A stretch of DNA of 64,000 bases from Lobosporangium transversale (taxonomy: Eukaryota): positions 496,001-560,000 of the forward strand of contig NW_019028988.1 of assembly GCF_002105155.1 (NCBI RefSeq), in the 5' to 3' direction. A program made the translations under genes and the position numbers. The notes under the pieces are model-generated. The model saw nothing but the letters and a program-made list of their open reading frames with translations. It searched no databases and was not told where the DNA came from. Positions 12,247 through 24,969 of this stretch are shown in pieces. Each line of letters opens with the position of its first letter. Position 1 is the stretch's first letter.

Positions 12247-14092
12247 TTATTGCAAGCCGCCCTTGGTAGCCTGGGTTTGAGCCCAGAGCTGCCGTAAAGC
12301 CTCCAGTTGCTTTTCCTCCTTTTCTTTATATGCTTGCTGCTTTGCCTCTTTGAGGGCCACAGCAGCTGAACTTTGACTTGAGCCCATGGAACCTGTTGCA
12401 TGTAGGCCCTCCGAGCCACCATGTCTCCTTGTCTCTCTTGCTTCTCTCCGTCGCCTTTCTGCTGCCAACATGGATTTATAATCATCGCCCGTGCCCATCA
12501 GGTCCTGTTCTGACAATTCTACATCAGGTGAACGCTCACGTTTATGATAGGCATTTTGAGCACGTCTCTTCTCTAACATTGCCTCCCGACCAGTTGCTTT
12601 GGGGATCAGTTCCTCCATGACTACCTCCTTTTCTTTCCGATAAGCGCGCTGTTCCGCACGATATTTTCGACGGTTAAACTCGTCTTGCTCCTCCTTTTCA
12701 GCAACTAATCAAAAGATGAAACCAGTCGGGTAATTCATAAATATATTAAAAATATAAAAAATATAAAAAATAAAAAATAAAAATCAGTATATATTATCAG
12801 AACATATCTTTTATGCCCTCTATTTATCCATTTACAAACCTACTTTCGTCTCCAGTTAAAGGTCTTCTAGATGTAGGGATAGAAGTAGAAGGCGGTAATG
12901 CCGGACCGAGTACTCGTTTTGGTGTATTGCTTGAGTCTAAAGCTGTAGACTTGCCAGTCAACCGATTCACTTCCTGAGCAAATCTTGTGTTGGTCATTGT
13001 ATCGATCGAATCCCGGATTGCTTCAACTTTGTTCTGATCTGCTTTGTCAATCTTTTTCGCAAAACCCCATTGATATTTTGTCAAGTCCTTGCTAGCCATT
13101 TGGGAAGACCGAATTCCTTTATAGTAACTTTCTGCATATGGGAGAACAAATAAACAAATAATAGTAAGCAAACAAATGAAAAGGTACGTTTAGTCACCCA
13201 TGGCCATCCATTGATTGTTTTGGCATCACGCGACATACCATCAAGGGTAAAGTTGTTCCAGGCGCGGACGAATTTCTTAAAGTACTTCCTTGATTCATCT
13301 GCAGATAGATCCTCAAAGTACTTTTTCTTGGACTTGCGTAACCATAACCTAAATTCTGTCGATTTCGCAAAGTAATCATCCTCCGAAATTGCTATGGGCG
13401 GTTATTGTAGAAAAAAAAAAAAAAAAAGATATGAAAACGTTAGCAAGACGTTGAAATGATAAATGAAAATAAAGCATCAATAACCATAATGAAAAAAAAG
13501 ATCAGTGAAAAAAATAAATAAAAAATCTTCAAGCATTACTCTGAATCATCGATTTCGCTTTCTTAACCAATTCGTCATCCTCACTCTCGCTATCTGTTGC
13601 GCTGTTAGTCCGTGAATCTGACCCTGAGCTAGAGCTCTCCTCTTCACTGTCATCAGATTCATGACGTCTCGAAGATTTTCGATGGTCTCTTTTCCTGTCC
13701 TTGTCCTTGTCTCTGTCTTTCTTTTTGTCTTTTTCGTCCTTATGGGAGCTCTTTCGAGAATTACGATCGCGATCACGTTCATGTTCGCGTCCATCTTTGC
13801 TCGTTCTATAAGTTCTTTCATCGTCATCCCGTGAAGATCGATGCCTCTTTGGGCTGCTATCGCGCCTACTGGAAGATCTTGCAGAGTCGTGGCGCGACGA
13901 ATGCGACGAGCGGTGATTACGGCTACTTTCATTCCTGTCTTTGTCTCTGTCTTTGTCTCTGTCTTTGTCTCTGTCTTTGTCTCTGTCTTTGTCAGATCTA
14001 CGATTGACATTGATTTTTTCTCTGTCGTCTGCAGGGCTCCTTTCCCTCTTTCTACTACTGTGGCCACTGTTGTGGTGATCTCGTGAAGACAT
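12247..14092 (-). CDS. SCI1-like (style cell-cycle inhibitor 1-like) Arg/Asp/Lys-rich nuclear protein, about 4 exons
   Basis: RD/RS-rich N-terminus. The exon at 13239-13391 encodes ISEDDYFAKSTEFRLWLRKSKKKYFEDLSADESRKYFKKFVRAWNNFTLD, then ESYYKG, matching the SCI1 core. C-terminal PKATGREAMLEKRR...DLMG. Confidence 0.75.
13935..13993. repeat. 12-bp tandem repeat (CTGTCTTTGTCT, about 5 copies) encoding DKDR repeats
   Basis: Visible tandem array; the protein reads DKDRDKDRDKDRDKDRDKDR. Confidence 0.9.
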
Positions 14093-14380
14093 GTTGAAAA
14101 AGAGTGCATGTGAAAGCATGTTGCACAGCAACTTTCTTTTCCTATTTCCATCATCACGTGATATATAGCCAAAGATAAAAAAAGTTGGGGGGGGTGCAGA
14201 CACTGTCTTACTAAGAGGATTACTGTTGATTTTGTAGCTTCCTTTCTTTCTTTCTTTTTTTTTTTATTATTCTTTATTTTATTTCGTCTTTACCTTTTCA
14301 ATTGCTCTTCTTTGTATTTGCCTTTGTATCTCTTCTTTTTCCTTTACGTTTTATATATATATATCAATAAGAAAGAGGTT
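14093..14380. promoter_or_regulatory. Short divergent (bidirectional) promoter with palindromic E-box ATCACGTGAT at 14153-14162
   Basis: Only 288 bp separate the ATGs at 14092 (-) and 14381 (+). The interval holds the E-box, a pyrimidine-rich tract and a (TA)n run at about 14352-14363. Confidence 0.55.
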
Positions 14381-15162
14381 ATGGGATCTTATACCGAAAA
14401 GACATTTACTTGGTACAAAAATTTTTTTTATTCAGGGCATAATTTTTTTTCTTTTGTTCTTGAGATGAAATGAGCAACATCAATCTTTTTTTTCTGTAAT
14501 GACCAACTGAGACCAGCGCTTCTATTTGTTTTCCTAAAGGCAAGAGCTGGCGAAGCACAACACAGGCGACGACTTGCTTCTCGCTGTGCGTAGCAATGTA
14601 AGTCAAAATAAAAAATGAAAATAAAAAATGTAAAATTATTCGATTTGTCTTTCATTCATTTTGGCAATCGAAGAGCAGGAGTAAGAGTAAAAAAAAACTT
14701 GTCGTTTTGGGTGGTGCTGTGTGTACATGTTCCTCTTCACACAACGGATAATGGACACAAACACACAACTCTTTTTAATCTTTTTCTCAAGGGACAATCA
14801 ATGAGAACAGAGTTATTTCCCCAGTGCTTTTGAAAAAGCAAAAATGCCGAGCTTTTTTTTATTTTTTTTTTATTGTTATTGCTTATTGGATCTCTTTCTC
14901 TGTTGAGTGGGTGAAATATGTAAATGGATAGATCGATCATTCTCTTCTGTCGTATTTGTTTCTCATCCAATCTCCACAATGTCGATCTGATAAAAACAGA
15001 TTCACATTTTGATTGAGTTTTTCGATATTAAATGCTAACGGACCCAAACTCACTGTTTCTACATTTTCAACTAGGTCTACGATGTTACAAAGTTCCTCAA
15101 GAGACACCCTGGTGGAGTGGACACGCTTCTCCTCGGAGCAGGCAGAGATGTGACTCCGGTGC

Positions 15163-15196
<34 letters not shown>

Positions 15197-15579
15197 GCAT
15201 GGATTGCAAGCAACCACACACACGCTTTGGATTGATTATCTTTCTCGCCTTGGTTCCACATACATGCGTGTTTCTTCTGGGTCCTTTTTACACGCGCAAC
15301 TGAAAAAAAAACTCCGTCCAATCAATCAAGACACAAAAAATAATACGGAATACTAATCATGCTAAAAATCACACCACACACATGCACTCATATAACCCAT
15401 ACACCCATCGTGCACCATGACTTAATCTCTTCATCTCTTTGTCGCTCTACTTGGGGATAACTTGGGGTAATTTTTTGTTATCTGACCCCTGACCTTTCAT
15501 TGTATTCTATTCTAGGTCTTTGAAATGTATCACGAGTTTGGCGCTGTAGACTCTATCATGAAGTACGAATTGTGCCCAT

Positions 15580-15612
<33 letters not shown>

Positions 15613-17094
15613 ACAAAGTTAACAAGAATTGCAGCCATCGCAGAAAATTCTAAAACGGAATGTTTCCCCTTCCCTTGATAATAGAAAGTACTATGTCGGC
15701 AAATTGATCACCAATGAATTGCCTATTTTCCCAGAGCCAACAGCTTTCCACAAGACAATCAAGTCAAGAGTAGAAAATTACTTTAAGAGGCAAGGCAAGG
15801 ATCCAAAGGTACGTGATCTGATTTAAAAAAAATAAAATAAAATAAAAAAAAAAGCTTATTTGATTCTAATTCTAATTCTTTTTTTTTTTTTTTTTTTTTT
15901 GAATGAAAACAGAACAGACTAGAAATCTGGGGAAGATACTCTGTTATCTTTGGCGCGTTGATCGCCTCTTACTATGCACAGTTCTTTGTCCCCTTTGTGG
16001 TTGAACGTACTTGGCTCCAGGTTATCTTTGCTGTAATTCTGGGCTTTGCCTGTGCTCAAGTTGGTCTCAATCCTCTTCATGATGCCTCGCATTTTTCAGG
16101 TATTAAAAAAAAAAGCCTTTCTTGTCATACAGCTGGGCTCTATCTCAAGAATGTCAACTCTAATTGTGGTTTTCTTCTCCCCCTGTCCGTCTTGTCTTGA
16201 TAGTCACCCATAACCCCACTGTCTGGAAAATCTTGGGTGCTACTCATGACTTCTTCAACGGCGCGTCATACTTGGTATGGATGTATCAGCATATGTTGGG
16301 TCACCACCCATACACCAACATCGCTGGTGCTGATCCCGATGTCTCAACGGGTGAACCTGATGTCCGTCGTATCAAGCCTCATCAGAAATGGTTCATCAAC
16401 CACCTTAACCAACAATTGTTTGTTCCTCTCCTCTATGGATTGTTGGCGTTTAAGGTCAGGATCCAGGATATCAGCATTTTGTATTTTGTCAAGACTAATG
16501 ATGCTATCCGTGTAAACCCTATCTCTACTTGGCATACCACCATGTTCTGGGGTGGTAAATTGTTTTTTGTGTTCTACCGCTTACTCCTGCCCATGTTCTA
16601 CCTGCCTGTCAAGAAAGTCTTGGTTCTCTTTACCATCGCAGATATGGTTGCTTCTTACTGGCTAGCACTCACTTTCCAAGCCAACCATGTGGTCGAGGAA
16701 GTTGAGTGGCCTCTTCCGGATGAGAACGGAGTCATTCAGAAGGATTGGGCCGCTATGCAGGTCGAGACCACCCAGGATTATGCGCATGACTCCCATCTTT
16801 GGACTAGCATCACTGGCAGCTTGAATTATCAGGCTGTACACCATCTTTTCCCAAATGTCTCTCAGCATTACTACCCTGAAATTCTCTCCATCATCCGTCA
16901 AACTTGCACCGAGTTCAAGGTGCCCTATTTAGTCAAGGTAAGGAAAAAATGGGTTTCGTAGGGAATAATTGTGTTTGAATTATATATAAAGACTTATTGA
17001 ATCTAAAACTTTTTTTTAGGATACCTTCTGGCAAGCATTCGCCTCTCATCTGGAGCATTTGCGTGTTCTTGGTCTTCGTCCCAAGGATGAATAA
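14381..17094 (+). CDS. Delta-5 fatty acid (front-end) desaturase with cytochrome b5 domain; 8 exons (14381-14412, 14540-14597, 15075-15158, 15516-15562, 15685-15808, 15913-16098, 16204-16937, 17020-17094)
   Basis: Spliced protein reads MGSYTEKTFTWQELAKHNTGDDLLLAVRSNVYDVTKFLKRHPGG..., with the heme motif HPGG and His boxes HDASH, QHMLGHH and QAVHH. It ends HLEHLRVLGLRPKDE and is colinear with the Mortierella alpina delta-5 desaturase as recalled. Confidence 0.96.
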
Positions 17095-17342
17095 AATATA
17101 AACATTATTGACTTTTAATTGTAGTTCAATAAAAACTAGCACATTGCAATTAGTCGAAAAATGTTTCAGCTAAACCCTTCAATTTTGAATAAGCGCGACA
17201 CGTATTTAAATTAACTCCACGAATCACTGTTACTCTGACAAGCATAATCTGTAACAGCTCTAATGTTCTAACACCAATATATACACACACATTTTTTTTA
17301 AAAAATAGTGAAAAAAAAAAATATAAAAAAAAAGCTATCTCT

Positions 17343-19798
17343 CTAAATATCCTGAAGTCCTGCGTGGATACTCTGTTGAATTTTTGAGTGATGCATCTCC
17401 AGTAATAGCTCCTTGGTCAATCCACCAGCTTTCGGGCTCATCGACCGGCGTGGTCCTACTCGGGGCAGTGTATGTACTCCAGGACGTCCGTCAATCATGG
17501 CCGTGGCCGAAGGTGGTGATGGTGGTGGTGTACCGAGCCCAGAAGCATGTGCCCCACGTCTTGAGTTCCCTGTACCTGTCTTATCTCTGAAGCGTTCAGG
17601 AATCTTTGACCTTGCTCTTTGGCCTTCCTCGTCACTTTCATCAGAGGAAGCCGATTTTCGGGCTGCCTGAATAATTTCTTCAATGTCTTCTTGATCGTCT
17701 TCTTCTACAATTAGCGTCTCAAGACTTTCGAGATGCTGCATCATTTCCTCTTCAAATCGATCACGAATAAAGCAAGGTCGATCCGTGACGTCCAAGTAAT
17801 TGGGTATAGGCCAACGTAGCTGCTTTTCAGTTATATTGTAGGGGACAGTTCCAACAATCACCGGAATGAGTGGTAACTGAACCAAGGTTGGCCATTTCAT
17901 GGTCGAGCTAAGGGTTGAGATCCTGTCCATATGTAAATTAACTTTGATGAGCTTATCGACAGAATTCTTGCGCGAACCAGTTCGCGATGTATTAGTGCCA
18001 TTGGTAAAGGATGATTCATTTTCTGTGTTAGTTGGTTCGGATCCTGTAATTCCATTTGCGCTGCGAACCAATGAAATGTCAACAGGAGGAGGGCTCTTGA
18101 CTGTGGGAGTGAACCAGCTAGCGAGGCCCGATCCACGGATCGCAAGTGGTATTGAGACAGAGAGGTAGTAATCTACTTTGTAGAGAGGCGTGATCACCTT
18201 GTTTGTAGTGGGGATGAGTCCTAGGGTAGATGGTACCTTGAATTGAATTGCTTCCATCCAAGTAGAGTTCCTATTGGATGTTTTGGTGATAGGTATCGTT
18301 ACAGAGTGCACAGTGGTGGGATCTGTAGTAAATGCAGAGTTGATAGATGTTATGGGTGATGTAGCTGATGAAGGTGAAGATGGTGTGGATGTAGTTGGAT
18401 AGGAGATAACACGAGCAAGAGTCAAATGAATAGAGTGCAGGTCTGTTTCGGATGAGTTGGTGATGGTGAGTATCAAAGGAAGCTCTTCGCCTATTGAATG
18501 AATGAATGAATGCATCTATGATTAGTATTTTGATATAGCCAACAAGAGTTTGGTTATGAATTCACCCTCGTCCTTTTTTTCTTCACGAGTTATTGTGAGT
18601 CAGTGCATTTGGATCAGGGTTTGCACAAATGAAAAAAAAAAAGAGGGTCCAGGCGCAGAGCCGAAAGCTGAAATAGGAAAAGGAACAACTAAAGTCCACG
18701 CGGACATCAACGAACGCACAATTTTTCACTTTTTTGGTGCGGAAATTTTCTTATTGTTGTTGTTGTGTACATGCACCAAAACGAATGTGTCTGGGGATTT
18801 TGAAAAAAAAAAAAAAAAAAAAAACTCACCTGGACAAACACCACGCTGTGGGCTTTCAAGCGATGCCTTGAACAATGGTCGATTGGTGTACGGGTCCATG
18901 ACTTGTGCCATCTCAATCACAGGAAAGTGAGGAATTGAGGTTGGCACAATCGGAAGATACTTGAGATGGATAGCAGGAGATGAGAGTGTGGTCTGTGTAT
19001 GCTCGACACCAGGCGTGGTCTGAAAAGTGAGCTCCCCGCGTAGAGCGTAGATGACAGAGCGCTCCCCATCCTATTCACACAAAAAGAGTTAAAATGACCA
19101 AATAGCAAATAAGAAAAAGAATTTAGAGCATGAGCATCAGTTTTTGATCAGGTTAATAAATTCATGTCACCCAAACAAGCATGCCACAAGACAGAATAGA
19201 AAGGGGGAGAGAGAGGATGAGATAATCATGATGAAGAAGAGTTTGTAAACAACTTTTATAAATTTTGTAGCGGTAATAACGGTGAAAGAAAACTTACCAC
19301 CATAGAAGCAGGCATATTAACTTTTGGGAATTTGATATTGAACAAAAAGGCATGTCGTTTCACATGGAGGGGCTCGTCCTCAACGAATACATGATCAATT
19401 TCAAAGATGCTATATTGTTGTGGAGGGTGGTGATGGGATGAACCAATGGACTTTTGGCCCTGTGAAGAAGAATCCGAACTGGCACGCCCTCTCTCTTCTG
19501 TCGAGGACGACCGGCCTGATTGTGGTTGAGCAGTTGGTGGATGATGGATATGTTCAGGTGGAGGCATAGTATGCAAACAAGCAAAGACAACACGCAACCG
19601 ACAGGGTCCGTGGATAGGCTTTGCAAGCTGAAGGTTCAACTGGCCCTGAAAGACAGTACCGGGACCATAGTAGTTGTCGATACAGTGTCTAGTGGGCGTT
19701 GTCACTGTGAATCCATTGGGTTGTGCAAGGAAGGATTGCGCAACAACATCCTCAGGAGTGTTATGGAAGAATTGAAAAGATTTTGCCAGCCGCAACAT
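17343..19798 (-). CDS. Arrestin-like (alpha-arrestin N/C fold) protein; exons 19798-19298, 19070-18830, 18490-17343
   Basis: YYGPGTVFQGQLNLQLAKPI, FLFNIKFPKVNMPASM, VIYALRGEL, GVCPGEELPLILTITNSS, YKVDYYLSVSIP and LIPVIVGTVP are arrestin-type strand patterns. Splices are in frame. Confidence 0.7.
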
Positions 19799-20781
19799 CG
19801 GTCGGTTCTGTTGGTGAAGTAATAAGTTGTATTTTGTGTCGGATTATTTAAACTCGAGTTGTGACAAAGACAAATGTTGTTTATGATAGATAAGGAAGGG
19901 GGAAGAAAGAAAGAAAAGTAAAAGTAGGAGCAATTGAGTAAAAAAAAAGTTGAAATAGGTGTTGTCAGGGTAATGTGAAAGCGATAAGAAATGAGAAAGA
20001 AAAGAGATGCGGGGATGAGGCTGAAGATGGAGTGAGCAAGATGGCAATGAGAGAGGAAAGGTAATAAGGCAATAATTTTAAATTCCTCCCTGCCTGCCCG
20101 CACTCTTTTGTTTTCCTTTGAAAAGAAGGAGGGAAAAAAAAGCGCGATTGGCTGCTTCTCATCTACAAGTTCTTGTTATTTTTATCGATTTTTTAAGGGC
20201 CACGACCATCTGTCTGGGAGGACAGATTGGACAAAAAAAAAAAAAAAAAAAAAAAAAAACGATCCACAGGATACATGTACAAATATATGCAGACCTGAAC
20301 GACTCCCAGTTAGGAGGAAAAAGACAAAGTCCAGGCTCTGTTGATCAATTCCAACCCTCTCTGGTCATCGTTTGTTATCAATGGCAGTCTGAAAGAACAC
20401 AGCTCGAGAAAGCATTGCCCATTATAAACCAGAAACAGAATTAATATTAAAAATATCCAGACAACGCGAACAAATAAACAACAGAAAAATGTGTGGATAT
20501 TGTTCCACAAAGCTTTGATTTGATTAATAGCGATCTCAAAAATGATGAGTACTGCTCACGTGCACAATGCGATATAAGCCACAATATACCTTGGCCGTTT
20601 GGATCGCAAGGATCCCATTGGATTGGAGCAAGAAGTGAAGCGTAGCATCTTTCGCGACAGTAGTTCACAGTCAGGAAAAAGGAGAAACCCGTCTTCCTTG
20701 ATTCCGATCATAATCGTTTCTTTCCTTCCATCTTTCCTCATCTCTCTTCCCTATTCTCCGTTTTTTTAGCTACTACTCGCC

Positions 20782-22862
20782 ATGACCGACGTTCATCCTG
20801 CCCCTGCTGTTGAGGACGCTACTGTTGCAGAAGTCACTGCCGCCACCAACGAGATTGCTCTTGAGGACAAGTCTGCTGAACATGTTCATGGTCCTGACTG
20901 CGACCATGACCATGAGCACGACCATGAGCAACAACAGGCTCTTGCTGGACAAAGACACGACTATGATCTTCTTGAGGTCAACGGCACTAAAGACAAGACC
21001 ACCGATCCTCTTGTCAAGGTACGCCATTCATTACTTCGCTTTTTTCATCTCTTTTTTTTTTATTAAAAAAAAAAAAAAAAAAAAAAAAAAGAATTTACTT
21101 GATCCATTGAGAGGCTCTATCGCTTATTGCTGCCTGGCATTAAAAAAAAAAAAAAAATCTAATGGTATCAATAGAAATACTTCGAGGCCAAGGAGTTATT
21201 CGCCAAGGCCAACGAGCGCTTAGACCAGATCCCAGAGGGCACTGATGCCGAGTTGATTGAGAAGCACAAGGATGAGATTGTTTCGGTTACTAAGGATCTT
21301 ATGCAAGCATTCTTGCTGGATGACAAGGCTTGCCTAATGAACCAGAGAATTCTCAAGCTTGCTGAACAGTATGAGGCTTATGTTCAGGCCAACAATCCTG
21401 AAGGCACTTCCACAGCTACTGCTGACTCTGAGGAGGAGGGTGCTGAACAGCAAACCACCGTTTACACTCGCGACTCTGTTATCTTTGGTAAGTTTACTTT
21501 CTATCTTTCTTTACCATTACTTTGGATTACATCTTCATTCATACTTTGCTCTGCTCTATAAGAAAAGCTGGGATATAAAAATGCAGGGATATGGCCTATT
21601 GCAATTTTTTACTTGATCAAAGTCCTGGTAAAAGTATTATGATTCAGATTAGACTCTTTGATCATGCTTGATCTAGTAAAAGTTGATAGTGTGGGATAAA
21701 TTGTGTCCGTGAGTTGAGGATTGTGTTGTGAGCGCTCGATTGGTCCCTGGAAGGATATAATTGATTAAAAAAATCATGGCTCTCAATCACCTTAATTTTC
21801 CAGTTTGGCAACTGGTTCATTCCTGCTCATGTTTTTATTCCCTGTTCCCTATCCCACAATGTCACACGAAGCAAAAAAAAAAAAAAAAAAAAAAAAGGTC
21901 GGTAGATTTGCTGAATATCTAATCATTTCATATTGCTTCTTTCCTGTGGTTCTAGTTATCATGATTCTCTGGAGTGGTGGACAGTATGAGCACTGCATTC
22001 AGACTTTGACCTTTGCTATCCAGGAATTTGAGCCTCTCAAGGGTCGTCTCTTGGAGCTCCGTGCAAACTGCTATATGGCTCTTCGTAACTTCAAGGTAAA
22101 CTACTGTGACAGAACATTACTGCTATTTAGCCAACAGGTGATGAAAAGCTGAGCTTATATAAACCAGAGACTCAAATATCTTTTTAATTAATTAAAATTC
22201 TTTAGGCTTGCAATGATGACTTTGAGGAGGCTTTGACTATTGAGCCTGTCAACGTCGAGAACCACTCTACCCTCGGAAACATCTTCTATGTCACCCACCA
22301 AGCTCAGGATGCTCTTCATCACTTTAAGGAGTTTGTCGCTGTCGCCCATCCTGACTCACGCACTCTTCCAAATGCCTACTATGCTCTCTCCATCTTGACT
22401 CTTCTTTCTGCGCCCTCAAACGCCACCAAGAAGAAGAGCAATCAGGCTCTTAAGCAGGCTGCTGCCCTTAAGGAGGCTCAGGAGTATTTCAAGAAGGCCC
22501 AAGAGGCTGATGTTCGCTTCAAGGAGCTCTATGGCGTCATGACTGGCTATAACGATATCAAGAGAACCGCTATCCAGGCTTTCCAGATCCGCACTGCCAC
22601 TCGTAGCGGACTCATTTCGACTGACCCTACCGCAGCTTTGTTGGAGGCTTCTGAGCTCTTGAAGAAATCATTCAAGAATCCTGGCATTTCATCGTGTGCC
22701 AACTGTGGTCGTCCCGACAACGTTGCCAACCAGGGTCGCTCTCAGGAGTTGAAGCCTAAGCCATTAATCAAATGTAACAAATGCAACAAGGTCGCCTACT
22801 GTTCAAGGCCCTGCCAGATCGCTCACTGGAATGCTACCCACAAGAACGCTTGCAAAAAGTAG
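20782..22862 (+). CDS. TPR-like helical repeat protein with C-terminal MYND zinc finger; exons 20782-21018, 21175-21487, 21956-22095, 22206-22862
   Basis: MYND pattern CANC...CNKCNKVAYCSRPCQIAHWNATHKNAC. TPR-like LLELRANCYMALRNFKACNDDFEEALTIEP and HSTLGNIFYVTHQAQDALHHFKEFV. Confidence 0.85.
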
Positions 22863-22871
22863 ATCCCTAAG

Positions 22872-22905
<34 letters not shown>

Positions 22906-23127
22906 CTAATGTTCCCTTTTTTTGGATCCAATTTTGAGTAATATACAGTTTTTTTTTATATACATATATACATATATTTGGTGTCTTGGTTGTGAATATA
23001 GAAACAAACGAAAAAAGACAAAAAGAGAAGCGTTCTACATACAATATGGATAGATTGAAATAAAGACTCTTATAGTAAAGGTCGTATGTTCTCGAAATGG
23101 CAGTCTATTCATGCTCACTGGGTCAAC

Positions 23128-24201
23128 TTATGCCTCATCCATCTTGAGCGACAAATGATCTTTTGCTTCCTCTACTCGTACTCGGCTTTCAGACAAGGGT
23201 GATAGTCCAGATACAGGACTTGTCGTGGATATCAAATCATTCCTTTGCTGCTGTTGCTGATCGTGATGATGGTTATGATGGTGATGAATATGATTACAGT
23301 CGAAATTGAGATCAGGGCCATGGTTAGGTTGCGAGGCTTTCTCATCCATAGATTCCTGTCCCTCTTTCTCATTGACAGAGGACATGGTCGGTGCACGTCC
23401 TTTGGTTACAAGATTCATGCGAGTGGTAGGCGTCGTTCCAACGATACCCGTGCCTCCACTTCCATAGGCTAGAGTTGTAGTTGAACTGGCATTTGAAAAT
23501 CCAGAGGTTGAGGACATGCTCATGGGTGAATTCAAGGATGTGTCGGTGAGAGCAATATTTGCAAGGCCCGAGGTTGTGGATAAATGATCCTTGGAAACTC
23601 GGAATGATGTCATCGGAAGTGCTGTTGTGCTGGTGCTCGCATTAAAGGTCGCCACAGGTGCTGTTGTTATTGAATTTGCAGGATTGGAACTTCCATTGCC
23701 GCTACCAGTGCCAGGACGAGCGCTGTCATTACCGGTTTGGGTAGAGTGATCATCAGTAGTAGGGACAACCATAAGGCCGATAGAGAGAGTGGGATCATCG
23801 ATCCAGAACATGGCAATAAAACAACAAATGACTAAAAGGACCACCTGTGTGAAGACAAAAATCCAAGAGCGGACCTTTGGGAATAGACATTGGCTGACAG
23901 AAGCAGAGAACAAGGATAGTGTTCCGAATGCGACAAACGATAAAGCGGCATGACCCCAAATATGATGGCTTGAAGGTTTTTTTTATTGTTGAAGATGGGA
24001 AAGAGAGAGTGGAAGTACAAGGAGATCAGTTTTTTTTTTTTTTTTTTTTTCAAAAGTCCCAAGAGCAAGAAGAAATAAGAGATGAACAACTTACTCGCCA
24101 AAATCAAGATAGTAAATGTTTCCTGTTGAAAAAAAAAAAAAAAAAAAAAAGCAATGTTAGTATGGATACAGTAAAGTTGACCAACAATCACAGCTACGCT
24201 G

Positions 24202-24234
<33 letters not shown>

Positions 24235-24969
24235 TCTAAAGACGGTCTTACCTTCTGCATATCTTGGTGGTGGTCGAGATAAAAAAAAAAAAAAAAAAAA
24301 AAAAAGAGCGTTAATGGTTACAGCATTGATGAATAAAGATTGTTGATTATCTACAAACAATATCCATGCATTGAACAAAGGAAATAAAAAAAAAAAAAAA
24401 AAAAAACCTACAGTACACCCCGACGATACTTTCTCGTCTTCTTTGATGACCCCTTTTGTTGTTTTTTCTGCCTGATAGGATTGTTTGCTTCTCCACCTCC
24501 TACACCTTGGTCATCCTCCTCCTCTTTTTCCTTCTCTTCATCTTTGGGAGCCAAAGGCGGTGTCCCATTTTTGGGTATCTGCTTCAAGAAGGATAGAAAG
24601 ACAGCAAGGAAAAATCCAATTGCTAATGAAATCTTGAGGGCATTGGATTGATCGTCTGTACAAGTCCTGTATGTAAATGATGTTCCTGGATAGTAGTAAC
24701 ATGTATAGTTCGCAGCTGGTGTTTGGACAATGGTTGTCACTGGCGCAGGCGTTGCACCCAATGAGAAAGAATAGGTCTCTCTAGAATATATATTTAACGT
24801 TACAATGTAAAAAGCTGTAAAAATAAGGAACGATAGCTAACAAGGTAAATGTCCCCACCAACGGAATTGAAGCAAAGAAGCAAACTTACAGAGCGGTGTA
24901 GATGACATAGGACCCCAATGGCATGTAGTTTGCCAAACGAGTGATGGCTGAAACGATCTTAATATCCAT
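23128..24969 (-). CDS. DUF679/DMP-like multi-pass membrane protein; 5 exons (24969-24890, 24780-24412, 24262-24252, 24122-24095, 23968-23128)
   Basis: All four GT-AG introns give one continuous frame. Motifs TRLANYMPLGSYVIYTAL, C..DQSNALKISLAIGFFLAVFLSFLK, WGHAALSFVAFGTLSLFSASVSQCLFP and ICCFIAMFWIDDPTLSIG parallel plant DMP motifs. Long disordered C-terminal tail. Confidence 0.7.
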
